The notes under the pieces are model-generated. The model saw only the letters and a program-made list of their open reading frames with translations. It made no database searches and was not told the DNA's origin. From Octopus vulgaris (Eukaryota): 64,000 nucleotides of DNA. The first letter of the stretch is position 1; every line of letters starts with the position of its first letter. Below are positions 52,101 through 64,000 of this stretch, one piece after another. Both the position numbers and the translations under genes were made by a program. Where the stretch lies: the NCBI GenBank assembly GCA_951406725.2, contig OX597814.1, forward strand, positions 7,998,001 through 8,062,000, given 5' to 3'.

Positions 52101-53615
52101 TCGATAGGGTAGATCATCACTACTTGGAGGCTGTCCTTAAAGCAGCTGGTTTTGGTCCCACCTTCTGTAGTTGGATCACTGCCTTATACAGCGGCATCAG
52201 CCTGGTAGCTCGCATAAATGGTCATCTATCCAAACCATTTAACATCATGCATTTGGTTCATCAAGGATGCCCCCTCTCGTAGCTACTGTATGTATTCACT
52301 CTTGAGTCACTACTGCGGAAGCTGGCGATGCCGAGGGGCATCCCGTGAGAGCTGGTATGCGGGAGGAGTGTGTCTGCATACACGGACGACGTCACCGTCA
52401 TAGTGTCGAGCCACAAGCACATCAACCTGGTCGGCAAGACACTAAAAGAATACGAAGCGGTAACGGGAGCAAAAATTTACGGACCGGTTAAATTGCTCAG
52501 AGTCTGGTTCGGTCCGGACCTCCAAATGGAGAAGAACTGGGGTGAAATAATGACTAGGGTGACCACTCTCACCCAGCAATGGGCTGAGAGGAAGCTATCC
52601 CTAAAAGGTCAGGTGGAGGTGGCGAATACATACATCACATCCATCATCGAGTACCGTCTGACCATTGTGCCTTGTCTCGACCCTACCATCACCAAACTGG
52701 AATGCATACTCTTCCGCTTCCTGTGGAAGGGAAGCGTTCTAATGGTTAGGCGATCCATTTGCTGTCAACACCTGTTAAATAAAGGGCAAAGCATGCTGTG
52801 GTTGATGATTTGTAGACATGCGCTAAAACTGCAACATCTCTGGCATTTCATAGATGACCGTGAACAGGTGTGGTCGCCGTTTGTGCGGCACACTTTTCCG
52901 CAACTCATCTCCTTGGCCGAACTACAGTCGTGGATCAAACAGAGACCGAGGCGTAGACGAATGGCACCACAAGTGTCGCTTTGCTCTCAAGCAACTCTGC
53001 TGTCCGGGACCAAACTTGTGCGACTTCATTACAACAAAGGTGTTCAATAGAGAATTAGTGGAGGAGAGGTGCGACAACGTTTTTAGGCAGAATCTGGGCG
53101 TCGACAAGGAACATCTGACCCACCTGTTCAGGACAACTTTCAGGCCGGGACCTATGGACAATCATCAAAGATCGCTGACCTGGCAGTGCTATTGAGAAGC
53201 ATTACCTGTTCGGGATAAGCTCTACAGGCATAGTTCGAGATACACCAGGCCAACTTGCCCAAGATGCTGTCAGAGTAATGAAACCATTCTGCACACACTC
53301 GTGCAGTGTCCAACCATTTTGGACCTGTGGGCTTATACTGAACGGCTGCTGTCACATGTGGGACAAGTTCACCTGTCAGCTAAGTCTATCGTGACAATTG
53401 CTCTTCCACCTTCCCTCAACTGGGGAGGCAAGGCAATCTTCATCGAACTGGTGGCCATGGTGAAAGAATGTGTGTGGTGGACTCAAGCAAAAGGATTAGA
53501 GACAAACACTTACCTCTCTGGCCAATCGCTCATCAACTTTTTCAAGTACCACTTGAAAAGGAAGGTGAGAATGGAGAAGCAGGTTTTGTCTCGTGAAACT
53601 TTCAAAAAGGTGGGA
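49195..53615 (+). mobile_element. Tx1/L1-clade LINE: partial ORF1 with CCHC knuckle, ORF2 APE-RT-zinc finger, pseudogenised
   Basis: CYVCGSKAHLQINC (~49460); GSINVRGL, LVGDWN (APE); KSPGVDGLPYE, DQSKPFDRVDH, QGCPLS, AYTDDV; CPRC..ETILH. Confidence 0.9.
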
Positions 53616-53624
53616 GAGTGTTTC

Positions 53625-53830
53625 GGTCATTGTTACTTGTTTCAGTCATTAGACTACAGCCTTGCTGGAGCAATACCTTGAAGAATTTTTACATGAACTA
53701 ATTGATCTTTTAAGACAGGTGCTTGTTTTAACATGTCATTTGCCAGACAGCTAAGTTATGGGGACTTAAACAAACCAACATGGGTTCTTGAGTGGTGTAT
53801 TCTGGGACTGACACAGCCACAAAGACACAC
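53625..53830 (-). mobile_element. SINE-like fragment truncating the Tx1 3' end
   Basis: ttacttgtttcagtcatt..gctggag..gctaagttatggggacttaaacaaaccaac, recalled as a common cephalopod SINE motif (not verifiable here). Confidence 0.45.
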
Positions 53831-53892
53831 ACACACACACACTTGTGTATATGTATGATGATGATTATCATGATCATGATGATCATCATTGT

Positions 53893-56194
53893 TTAAACGT
53901 CCACTTTCCCTGCTGGCATGGTTTGACTGAGGGCTGGAGAGCCAGAAGGCTGCACCAGGCTCCAATCTGACCTGGCAATGTTTCTACAGCTGGATGCGCT
54001 TCCTAACACCAACCACTCTGAGAGTGATATGTGGATGCTTTTTACGTGCCACAGGCACAAAAGCTGGTCAAGCGGTCCTGGCATCCATCACGTTCAGATA
54101 GTGCTTTTTATGTGCTACTGGCACAGGAGCCAGTCAGAAGGTACTGGTATCAGTCACATTGGGGTGATGCATTTTATGTGCCACTGGAATGGAAACCAGT
54201 GAGGGGCACTGGCCACAGCTGTGATTTTTGGTTTTACCTAACTCAACAGACCTCAAGCAACACTGGCATCGGCCATGGATACGATTTCATTTTAGTTGCC
54301 AGGTCTTCTAAATAGCACAACATATCTCCAAAGGTCACTTGCCATTGTCTCAGTGAGGCCCAGTGTTCAAAGTTCATGCTTCACCACCTCATCTCATGTC
54401 TTCCATAGCTTCCGTCTACAATTAGGGAGTGGCACTTCTTCACAAAGCTGTCCTCATCCATACTTAACCCATGATCATACCAGCGCAGTCATCTCTCTCG
54501 CTCACCACATTTGATGCTTCTTCTGCACAACTTTTCTCTCAGGGCGCTTACACTCTGTCGTGTATGCACACTGACATTACACATCCAGCGGATCATACTA
54601 GCTTCATTTCTTTCAAGCCTACGCATGTCCTCAGCAGTCATGGCCCATGTTTTACTGCTGTGTAACATGGCAGTTTGCACACATGCATCATACCTTTCAT
54701 CCTGAGCGAGGGGCCTTTAGTTGCCAGGAGGGGTAGGATCTCCCTGAACTTTGCCCAGGCTATTCTTATTCTAGTAGTAACACTCTCTGAGCATCCACCC
54801 CCACTACTACCTTGGCCACCTAGGTAGCAGAAGCTAACAACTACTTCTAGTTTTTCCCCTTGTCATGTGATAGAATATGTTTTCTGTATATCTTCAGTGC
54901 TTATTGCCCCTGTGCATTGGCCACATACAAAAACTATTTTCCTGGTTAACCTTCCTTTGATATTGCTAAACCTTTTATGTGTCCATAGCTTACACTGGGT
55001 GCATTGTAAGGAGCTTATACCCATGCCTTTTCTACCGCTCGATTCACAAATGGCCTGAACTCTTTACATGAATACCACCCTGTACATAACTCCATGTCCC
55101 CCTACATGGCCTTGCTTTTTGCTTTTTGAGCCAAAAAACTAACCAACTAACTAACTAACTACAGATCGAGCAGGATCATCTACCTGAAGGGGTTTATGAT
55201 TTGTCATCATTCCTATTTACTAAGACTTTCGTTTTTGCTAGGTTAAACCTAAGCCCCTTCGATTCTAGACCTTGCTTTCACACCTTAAATTTCGTCTCTA
55301 GTTCTGACAGTGACTCAGCTATTAGAGCAAGGTCATCAGCATAGAGGAGCTCCCAAGGGTAGCCTGTCTTGAATTTCTCTGTTATTGCCTGGAGGACTAT
55401 AATGAACAAGAGCGGCTGATGACTGATCCCTGGTGAACCACTTCTTCTAACCAGAATTCTTCACTATACTCGTTGCCAACCCCCGCCTTACTAACAGCAT
55501 CCCTGTGCAGGGTTTGTACAGCTCTTACCAACCACTTGTCTATCCCCAGTTTCCACATAGCCCACCAGATGAGGGATCGAGGGACCCTGTCAAAAGCTTT
55601 CTCCAAGTCCACAAAAGCTAAGTATAGGGGCTTATCTTTGGTTAGGTATTTCTCCTGCAGTTGTCGAACCATGAATATAGCATCAGTGGTGCTTCTGCCT
55701 GGCACAAAACCAAACTGCATCTCATCTAGGCTAACTCTCTCCCTAATTAGTTGGACTTTGACCTTCTCTGTAACTTTCATCACCTGATCCAATAATTTGA
55801 TACCTCTGTAGTTATTTCTATCTAAAGCATCACCTTTCCCCCTTGTGACAGTTTGAATATGGTGCTGCTACACCAGTCATTGGGTATGACTCCTTCATGA
55901 ACTACATGATGGTGGGTGACAAGACCCTAACCCACACCACCCGATATTTTAAGCATCCCTGCAATGATTGCTGATGGGCTGTCTTCATATCGTTAATTGC
56001 TTTATCTACAGGGTCCCTCAATTGGGTCGATCTTTGGAAGATTCTCCTCCTCCCAATTCATTCTCTACATTCAGCAGTCTTTCATAATGCCATCTCCAAG
56101 CCTCTTTCTTTGCAGAATCATTAAACACAAGGGCACCATCATCCATGCAAACACATTTCTCTCCTATAGCATCACAGTTTTCTCTCACACACTG
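53893..56194 (-). mobile_element. RTE LINE, 5'-truncated, with tail
   Basis: ORF 55397-55792 QFGFVPGRSTTDAIF..KAFDRVP; tail and (GAT)n toward 53860. Confidence 0.92.
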
Positions 56195-58027
56195 TGGAAA
56201 CTAGGGATAGATGAATGGTTAGTGAAAGTTGTGCAAGCCATGTACAAGGATGCTGTCAGTAAGGTGAGGGTTGACAATGAGTACAGTGATGAATTCCGGA
56301 TAGGGGTAGGGATCCACCAAGGATCAGTGCTCAGCCCCCTCCTATTCACCACAGTCCCCAGACAATAACAGAGGAATTCAGGAGAGGATATCCCAGGGGA
56401 GCTCCTCTATGTTGATGACCTTGCTCTAATTGCTGAGTCACTATCAGAACTAGAGGAGGAATTTCGGGTGTGGAAGCAAAGATTAGAATCGAAGGGCCTT
56501 AGAGTTAATCTAGCTAAAACCAAAGTCCTAGTAAGTAGGAAGTCAGACAAATTGCAAATTCCTTCAGGTAGATAGCCCTACTCAATCTGTAGAAAAGGTG
56601 TAGGTAGAAACTCCGTAAGATGTACCCAGTGTAAGCTATGGATGCATAAGAGGTGCAGCAATATCAAAGGAAGGCTAACTGGGAAGATAGTTTTTGTATG
56701 TGGCAGATGCTCAGGAGCAATAAACACAGAAAATGTGCAGAGAACAGCTTCTGTCACATTCCTAGGGAGAAAAACTAGAAGTAGTTGATAGCTTCTCTTA
56801 CCTAGGTGACCAAGTCAGTAGCAGGGCTTGATATTCTAAGAGTGTAGCTGCTAGAATAAGAATAGCCTGGGCAAAGTTCAGAGAGCTCTTACCTCTGCAG
56901 GTGACCAAAGGCCTCTCGCTCAGAGTAAAAAGTAGACTGTATGACATATGTGTGCAATAAGCAATGCTACATGGCAGTGAAACATGGGCCATGACTGCTG
57001 AGGACATGCGTAATCTTGCAAGGAATGAAGCCAGTATGATTCACTGGAGGTGCAATTTCAGTGTGCATGCACAACAGAGTGTAAGCACCCCGAGAGAAAA
57101 GTTGGACTTAAGAAGCATCAGATGTGATGCGCAAGAGAGATGACAGCACTGGTATGGCCATGTGTTGTGTATGGATGAGGACAGCGGTACAGCTGTGTGA
57201 AAAAGTGTCACACCCTAGCAGCAGAGAGAACCTGGTAGTAGAGGGAAGACCTGGGATGAGGTGATGAAGCACGACCTTCGAACATTGGGTTATACCGAGG
57301 CAATGATAAGTGACCGAGACCTTTGGAGGTATGCTGTGCTTGAGAAGACTCAGTAAGCCAAGTGAGACTGTAACCATGACATATGCCAGTGTAACTTAAC
57401 CAGCCCGTTTAAGGGTACCCTTCAATCATTGGGCAATAAACAGCACTTGCAAAGACCTGTTGAGACAAGTGAAGTCATTGTCGTGGCCAATAACAGTACT
57501 TCCTGATTGGCACCCATGCCTGTGGTACATTAAAAGCACCATTCAAGCGTGATCTTTGCCAGTGCCACCTGACTGGTTCCTCTGCCAGTGGTACATTAAA
57601 AGCACCGTTCAAGCGTGATCTTTGCCAGTGCCACCTGACTGGTTCCTCTGCCAGTGGCATGTAAAAAGCATCATTTGAGCATGGTCGATGCCAGTGCCAG
57701 CTGACTGGTCCTGTCCTGATGGCATGTGAAAAGCATCATTTGAGCATGGTCGATGCCAGTGCCAGCTGACTGGTCCTGTCCTGATGGCATGTGAAAAAAA
57801 CCAGTCGAGTGTGATCATTGCCAGTACCACCTGACTGGCCCTTGTGCTGGTGGCATTTGAAAATCACCCACTACACTCTCAGAGTGTTTGGCGTTAGGAA
57901 GGGCATCCAGCTCTAGTAAGTTTGCCAGATTGGAATGAAGCCTGGTGCAGCCTTCTGGCTTGCCAGCCCTCAATCAAACCATCCAACCCATGCCAGTTTG
58001 GAAAGCGGATGTTAAATGATGATGATG
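56193..58027 (+). mobile_element. RTE LINE, 5'-truncated, with ~66-bp tandem repeats in its 3'UTR
   Basis: WKLGIDEWLV..GIHQGSVLSP, CTQCKLW; gtggtacattaaaagcacc at 57522 and 57588; tail ending in (GAT)n. Confidence 0.92.
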
Positions 58028-58066
58028 TTGAACATCAAACAACAAACAACAAATACATCAACCAAC

Positions 58067-58294
58067 CTTTGCTATTTCTGTGTCTTGAGGATAAACCACA
58101 AAGTTTACAACTTTGATCTGGCTTGAATTTTGATTTGAGTAGTTTTTCACAGCTTCATACATTGTTCTAGGTAGTTCTTCAATGGGGTACTTCAATGTTC
58201 CAGCTCCTAATATAGGAAATGCAAGGCTTTTTGCACCCATTCTCTCAGCCTTTTCCAGACAAGTGGTTATTATTTGAGTCAAGTTTGCCAGAAT
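58067..58294 (-). CDS. PARP14: Macro-PARP exon: macro domain C-terminal half
   Basis: ttttttatag / gttggt; 228 nt, phase 0->0; CLEKAERMGAKSLAFPILGAGTLKYP...VNFVVYPQD (macro SxAFPxxGxG loop). Confidence 0.93.
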
Positions 58295-58874
58295 CTATAA
58301 AAAATAAGTGTTTAGCAATTGATAATGAACATTTTATTAAATTATTTTCTTATTACAGGAAGAAATCATTAAGTTGTAATAAATATATTCTCCTCTCACA
58401 ACTGTCATTCCTATCACTCTTTAGTCCTGCAAGAGACAAGGCAACCTCACTCATGTTGCTGCTACAATAAGTCAGACCCCCATCCACCGTGTAAAATGAT
58501 TGGTGAAGGAAGAGAGAGAATGCAGACCCAAGAGGAGTCTTTAGTGTTGGGGAAGACATGACAACCTCTCTAGTGCTTGTGCCATGACAGAGAAAAACTC
58601 ACCAATACAGAGAGTAAAACAGAGAAATATGTTTTAATATAGTCTTATTTATCAGTCACATAACTGTTGTTAGGCCATGAGGCTTTTTTCCTTCTATTTA
58701 TATATAAAAGCGTCCTGTTCATCGATATCTTCTGCTTCCTTCCAATGATAACTTGGAAGAACAAATATTAAACAGGATGCTGACATTTGCTTTATGATTC
58801 TCACACAACATGCATAAGGTTCTCTTCAAACATTAACTCTTTCAATAAATCAATATCATATGATTGATACTTAC

Positions 58875-59102
58875 TGAATCAGGGGAATTTTCATCCCAGG
58901 GAGGTAATACCAGATGAAATACATTCTTACAGTTGAGGTTATATCCTTTAGTGACGGCTATTTTAGATGTAGAAATACCTTGAGGATATCTCTGGTTACA
59001 TTCGTTTTGTATCTCAGGACCAGCAGCATTGAGAATAAATTTGGAGATAGAACCATTGTTAAGCTCAAGGTTTTTATTGGTGCTGTTAACGATGACATCA
59101 AG
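58875..59102 (-). CDS. PARP14: Macro-PARP exon: macro domain N-terminal half
   Basis: ctttttcag / gtaagt; 228 nt, phase 0->0; LDVIVNSTNKNLELNNGSISKFILNAAGPEIQNEC...AVTKGYNLNCKNVFHLVLPPW shows the macro motifs DVIVN, AAG, TxGxNLxCKxVFH. Confidence 0.93.
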
Positions 59103-59383
59103 CTGAAAAAGTAATTAATGGTAAACAACTAAGGAACATTCCATGGAGAGAAGAGAAATACATTGTTGCAGTTGATATTGTTGTTAAGAAAGGCTCTACA
59201 GAATGGCTGTAGTAAGTTTGAGGTTGTTAAAGTTAGCAAAAGATATACTCAAGATATCAGATGTGAAGGAAATAAAATGTTTGAGTTTGATTGAGAAAAT
59301 GTTTTAATTAACTTTAATGATTCCTCATTTGGAAATGAAATAACAATTAAATATAAATAAGTTACATGAATCTTTTTACTCAC

Positions 59384-59520
59384 AGATACATTAGAAATTG
59401 AATCAATCATTAGGTTTATTTCAATGCCATCATATTCTCTGGATGTCTCATTAGTTCTGGGTGTCATAGAGGATGGTTCCTGTTGTGAGCCAGGAAGGGA
59501 TGCGTTAGACGATGCGGTGT
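59384..59520 (-). CDS. PARP14: Macro-PARP (PARP14/15-like) exon: S/P/T-rich linker plus first strand of macro domain
   Basis: Acceptor ttgtttatttccag, donor gtgagt; 137 nt, phase 1->0; encodes TASSNASLPGSQQEPSSMTPRTNETSREYDGIEINLMIDSISNVS, in frame with the next exon. Confidence 0.8.
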
Positions 59521-59614
59521 CTGGAAATAAACAAAATTCTTTATGTGCTTTGAGTTATTTCTAATTTTCAATCAAACGTTCTTCTCTGTATTTAAAGAAC
59601 CACTTTATTCCATA

Positions 59615-59790
59615 TCGGTTGGAAATTTTGGCACAGGGCCATCAATTTCAAGAGGCACCAAAAGTTGATTTTATTGACTCCAGTTTTCAACTGGTTCTCA
59701 TTTTATAGACCCTGAAAAGGTGCAACTCAGACTGATGAAATGCAGCTAAACATTTCACCCAATTTGCTGATGATTGTACCAGCTCACCAC
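59615..59790 (-). mobile_element. Probable Nin-domain SINE remnant
   Basis: attgactccagttttcaactggttctcattttatagaccctgaaaag resembles the Nin/DeuSINE core from memory. Confidence 0.45.
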
Positions 59791-59899
59791 CTCACAACAA
59801 CAGCAGCAGCAGCAGTAGTAGTAGTAATAATAAGTGCAATGTATACAAACAGCCTGCATGGATGGAAAGTTAAACCAGTAAATAATCCCACTAAGAGCA

Positions 59900-62610
59900 G
59901 ATGTATTCTTTTCTACTTGAAGCAAGCAAAGGGGAAACTAATAAACCCAACCAACTAATAAGAATAATTGCTAAACATGACCTTTACAAGAAAACAAAGG
60001 ATACACAGATTGAAATCCTCAAAATAAAAACTACAATTAAAAACCAAATGACAAAAAATGCTTATCATTCCATAGACAAAACATTCTATTCAAGGAGAAC
60101 ACAAATAAATTCTACAGGGAACTGGAGAAAAATACCATTATAGTGAAAACATCTCTTTCCCAGCAGCAAACTGAAGATGTTTGGAAAAACATTTGAATTA
60201 ATCCAAAGGAGTTTTATCAGAAAGCACATTAGGTCAGGGACATAGAAGAGGCCAATGCCCACCGCAAATATCAACAATGGCAGGATATAACAATTGTAGA
60301 AGTGAAAGTGGTGCTCGCCAAATCAAAGAAATGGAAATGTCCAGGTATAGATAAGATTCCCAATTTTTGGCTAAACTCTTTAACGAGCACCCACCACAAC
60401 TTAGCCCTAGCATTCAATGAAGTCATGTCCAACCCTGCAAAAACCAGGGATTACATATCTCTTACCAAAAACAGAAGAAACTACTAACCCTGCAAAATAC
60501 CAACCCATACCACGCCTCACCACTATACATAAACTGTTATCATCTATGATAGTGAATAGAGCATATGAATTCTTTGTAGTTACTCCCAGTGGCACAACAA
60601 AAGGGATGTAAAAGGAGTTCATATTGATGTAAGGACCAATATATGATAAAATGGTCATTGAAAATTGCAAATCCAAATGCAGAAACCTTAGCACCACTTG
60701 GATAGATTCCAAGAAGGCTTTTGACAGTGTCCCCCATGCATTAGGAAGGGCATACAGCTGTAGAAACTTTGCCAGATCAGATTGGAGCCTAGTGCAGCCT
60801 TCTAGCTCGCCAGTCGTCAGTCAAACCATCCAACCCATGCCAACTTGGAATGCAGGCATTAAACAATGATGATGATGAATTTGTGGAGAACAACTGTCAT
60901 TTTAAACCATGCACAAGGATACACCACCTCACCAGACATCAATATCACCATTACTCTTTTGTTCCCTTTATCCACGCAACTGAATAATGTTAAGAGATGG
61001 TATATATGCATGATCTAAAACTGTTTGCCAAAAACAAGAAAGAGCTCCTGAATATTGTCAAGGAATTCAGCTCTGATATAGGCATAGAATTTGGACTTGA
61101 TAAATGTGCCAAGGCTACTTTCAAGGCAGAGAAGTTCATAAGGGCAGAAAACATAGAACTTGAGATTACCAGTGCTATTTGAAACTTAGACCAATCCGAA
61201 GTATACAGATATCTGGGAACCAATGAAGGTGATGGTATCCAGCACTCTAAAATAAAAGAGAAAATCTGCAAGGAATACTACCAAAGGGTAAGAATGGTCC
61301 TAAACTCAGAATTAAAAGCTGCCAAAGGAATTAATGCAATCAATTCTTTGGCCCTACCAGTAACCACATATAGCTTTGATATCGTTAAGTGGAATCTCAC
61401 CGACATGCAGAATATGGATGGAAAGACCAGTAAAATCATTACAAGGTACCGAATGCACCATCCAAAATCAGGTGTAGAAAGGATTTATCTCCCAAGAAAA
61501 ATAGGCAGAAGAGGCCTGATACAGCTTGAGCTATCCTTCAAATCAGCAATGATAGGCCTTGAGACGAACCTTAATACAACAAGTGATGTACTCTTACGAA
61601 CTTCACTGAAGCATGAAGATTCCAAGCAAGCTTCGGTCATGAAGCTTAGTCAAGAATTTAAAAAGTCTCTTGACCTACAAGTTAACAATAAGAATGACCA
61701 AAGACACCCAAATACTGACAGACCTACCACTGCTTCTCCTAATTTAGAAATTAACAATCAGAAAGAGCAAAGACATCATCCAAATGGTGACAAACCTATC
61801 ACTGATGCAAAAGACATCAAACAAAAAGCAAAGAAGGCTTGCATGAATAATATGGAAGGCAACTGGAAGGGTAAACTCCTGCCTGGAAAATACCCTCACC
61901 GCCTGTCCAAGCCAGATATTGATCAAAATCAATGGCTGCAAGGGTCAGGTCTGAAAGGGGGAAACAGAAGGTTTTGCTATTGCAGAGCAAGATCAGAGCT
62001 TATCTACCAAGCAAATGTCCTTAAAGATGGATCTGACCCCTTGTGCAGAATTTGGAGGAAAATTCACAGAGACAATTGATCATGCTGTTTCTGGCTGCTC
62101 AGTCCTCGGTGAAAAGGAGAACCCAATAAGACATGACAAACTAGGTCGGTACATGCACCGGAATGCTTCTAAAATACCTACAAAATTAAATCCCATGATA
62201 AGTTGTACAAGCACCATCCAGAGGATGTAGTAAATGGCAAGGGCATCACCATTCTCTGGAACTTCCCTATACAAACAGACAGAAAAATTGACTCCAGTCG
62301 ACCAGACATTGTGATCTAGGACAACAACAGAGGAACTTGTCTGTTAATAGATATGTCTGTCCCACAAGATCAAAATGTCTCAAGAAGAGAATACGAAAAG
62401 CTTTCTCGCTATGAAGATCTGCAACTTGAAATCACAGAAATGTGGAAGCTTAGCCCTACGATAATACCAGTAGTATTTGGTGCATTGGGAATGATAAAGA
62501 AGGGAGCTAAGAAATATATTAAGCAACTCTGGTAAGATCAATCTCCTTGAACTATAGAAGATAACCTTGATGGGTACAGCCCTTATACAACAGAAAGCAC
62601 TTTCTGTCAA
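59900..62610 (+). mobile_element. R4/Dong LINE, degenerate, with SINE/RTE tail inserted at ~60738-60878
   Basis: WKCPGIDKIPNFWL, KAFDSVPH, YMHDLKL, HHPKS..RIYLPR, ETIDHAVSGC, SRPDIV, PVVFGALG. Confidence 0.9.
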
Positions 62611-62664
62611 AAATGGAATATATGTGGTGATAAGTTTAGTATGCCGAACAAAACAAAAGTGCCC

Positions 62665-64000
62665 TTACTAATCTTGGCCTCCACTCGTGGCTCATGTTTC
62701 ACAGTTGTGTAGCATGGTTGCTTACACACATGCGTCATACAGTCTACCTTTTACTCTGAGCGAGAGGCCCTTTGTTACCAGCAGAGGTAGGAGCTTTCTG
62801 AACTTTGCCCAGGCTATTCTTATTCTATCAGCCAAACTCTCTAAGCATCCACCCCCAATACTGACTTGGTCACCTAGGTAGCGGAACCTATCAACTACTT
62901 CTAGTTTCTACTCCTGGAGTGTGAGGGAATCTGTTTTCTGAACAGTGTTTATTGCCCCAGTGCATCTGATACACACAAAAACTATCTTCCCAGTTAAACT
63001 TCCTTTGATGTTGCTGCACCTCTAAAGTGTGTCCATAGCTTACACTGGGTACATCTTATGGAGTTTCTACCTAAACTTTTTCTACAGGGCCATCTACATG
63101 AAGGGATTTGTGATTTGTCTACCTTCCTACTTATTAAAACTTTGGTTTTTGCTAGATTGACACTAAGGCCCTTCGATTCTAGACCTTGCTTCCACACCTT
63201 AAACTTTGTCTCCAGTTCTGGCAGTGAGTTGGCTTGTAGAGCAAGGTCATCAGCATAGAAGAACTCCCAGGGGCAACTTGCCTTGAATTCCTCGTTATTG
63301 CCTGGAGGACTATAATGAATAAGAGAGGGCTGAGGACTGATGCTTGGTGAATCCCGACTTCTACTTGGAATTCTTCTATATACTCATTGCTAACCCTCAA
63401 ATTACTGACAGTATCCCTGTACAGGGCCTGTACAACTCTTACCAACCATTCATTTATCCCCAGTTTCTGTATTGACCACTAGATAAGGGATCGGGGAACC
63501 CTATCAAAAGCTTTCGTCAAATCAACAGAGGTTTATCTTTGGCTAGATATTTCTCCTGCAGCTGTCTTCCCAGAAATATAGCATCAGTGGTGCTTCTACC
63601 TGGCACAAAACCAAACTGTATCTTGTCTAAACTGACTCTCTCCCTAATTAGTTGGACTATGACCCTCTCTGTAACTTTCATCAACCGATCCAATAATTTG
63701 ATACCTCTGTAGTTATTTCTACCTAAAGCATCACCTTTACTTTTGTAGCAGTTGACTATGATGCTGCTACGCCAGTCAATGGGTATGACATCTTCATGAA
63801 CTACCTGATTTACAATATGGGTGACTAAACCATAACCTACACCACCAGATATTAGAAGCATCTCAGCAGTGATTCATGATGAGCCAGGTGCTTTTCCTGT
63901 CTTCATATCCTTAATTGCTTTATCTACCAGGGTACTGTTGATTTGGGTAGAAGGTCCCTCAACTGGGTCAACATTTGGCAGGCTCTCCTCCTCTCATTCA
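62665..64000 (-). mobile_element. RTE LINE running off the window end
   Basis: NYRGIKLL, QFGFVPGRSTTDAIF, FYADDL, FRYLGDQV. Confidence 0.92.

Noticed and set aside
53893-58027. Twin-priming inversion of a single LINE
   Set aside because: Both arms contain the same RT-to-tail sequence, so they are two copies

Overview
Eukaryotic, AT-rich, repeat-dominated DNA. The repeat landscape (RTE LINEs with (GAT)n tails, R4/Dong LINEs in (TAA)n tracts, Penelope, K02A2.6-like Gypsy) resembles an octopus/cephalopod genome; this is an inference. The only host gene is a minus-strand macro-PARP (PARP14/15/9-like). I could splice eight GT-AG exons between 59520 and 3332 (1536 nt, all phases compatible) into macro domain - acidic linker - KH-like - WWE - start of the ADP-ribosyltransferase domain; the gene runs off both window ends. 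Its introns (up to ~21 kb) are filled with decayed transposons: about 10 RTE copies, about 10 R4/Dong copies chained in (TAA)n microsatellites, a split and partly inverted Gypsy element, a Tx1/L1 element, a Helitron PIF1 fragment, two head-to-head Penelope pieces and a mariner foldback. The most notable finds are (i) a 321-nt, highly structured unit bracketed by direct repeats that carries a type I hammerhead ribozyme fold (46860-47229), a candidate non-LTR retrozyme, and (ii) a non-coding ~560-bp element that sits in (TAA)n chains co-oriented with Dong LINEs, a candidate non-autonomous partner.
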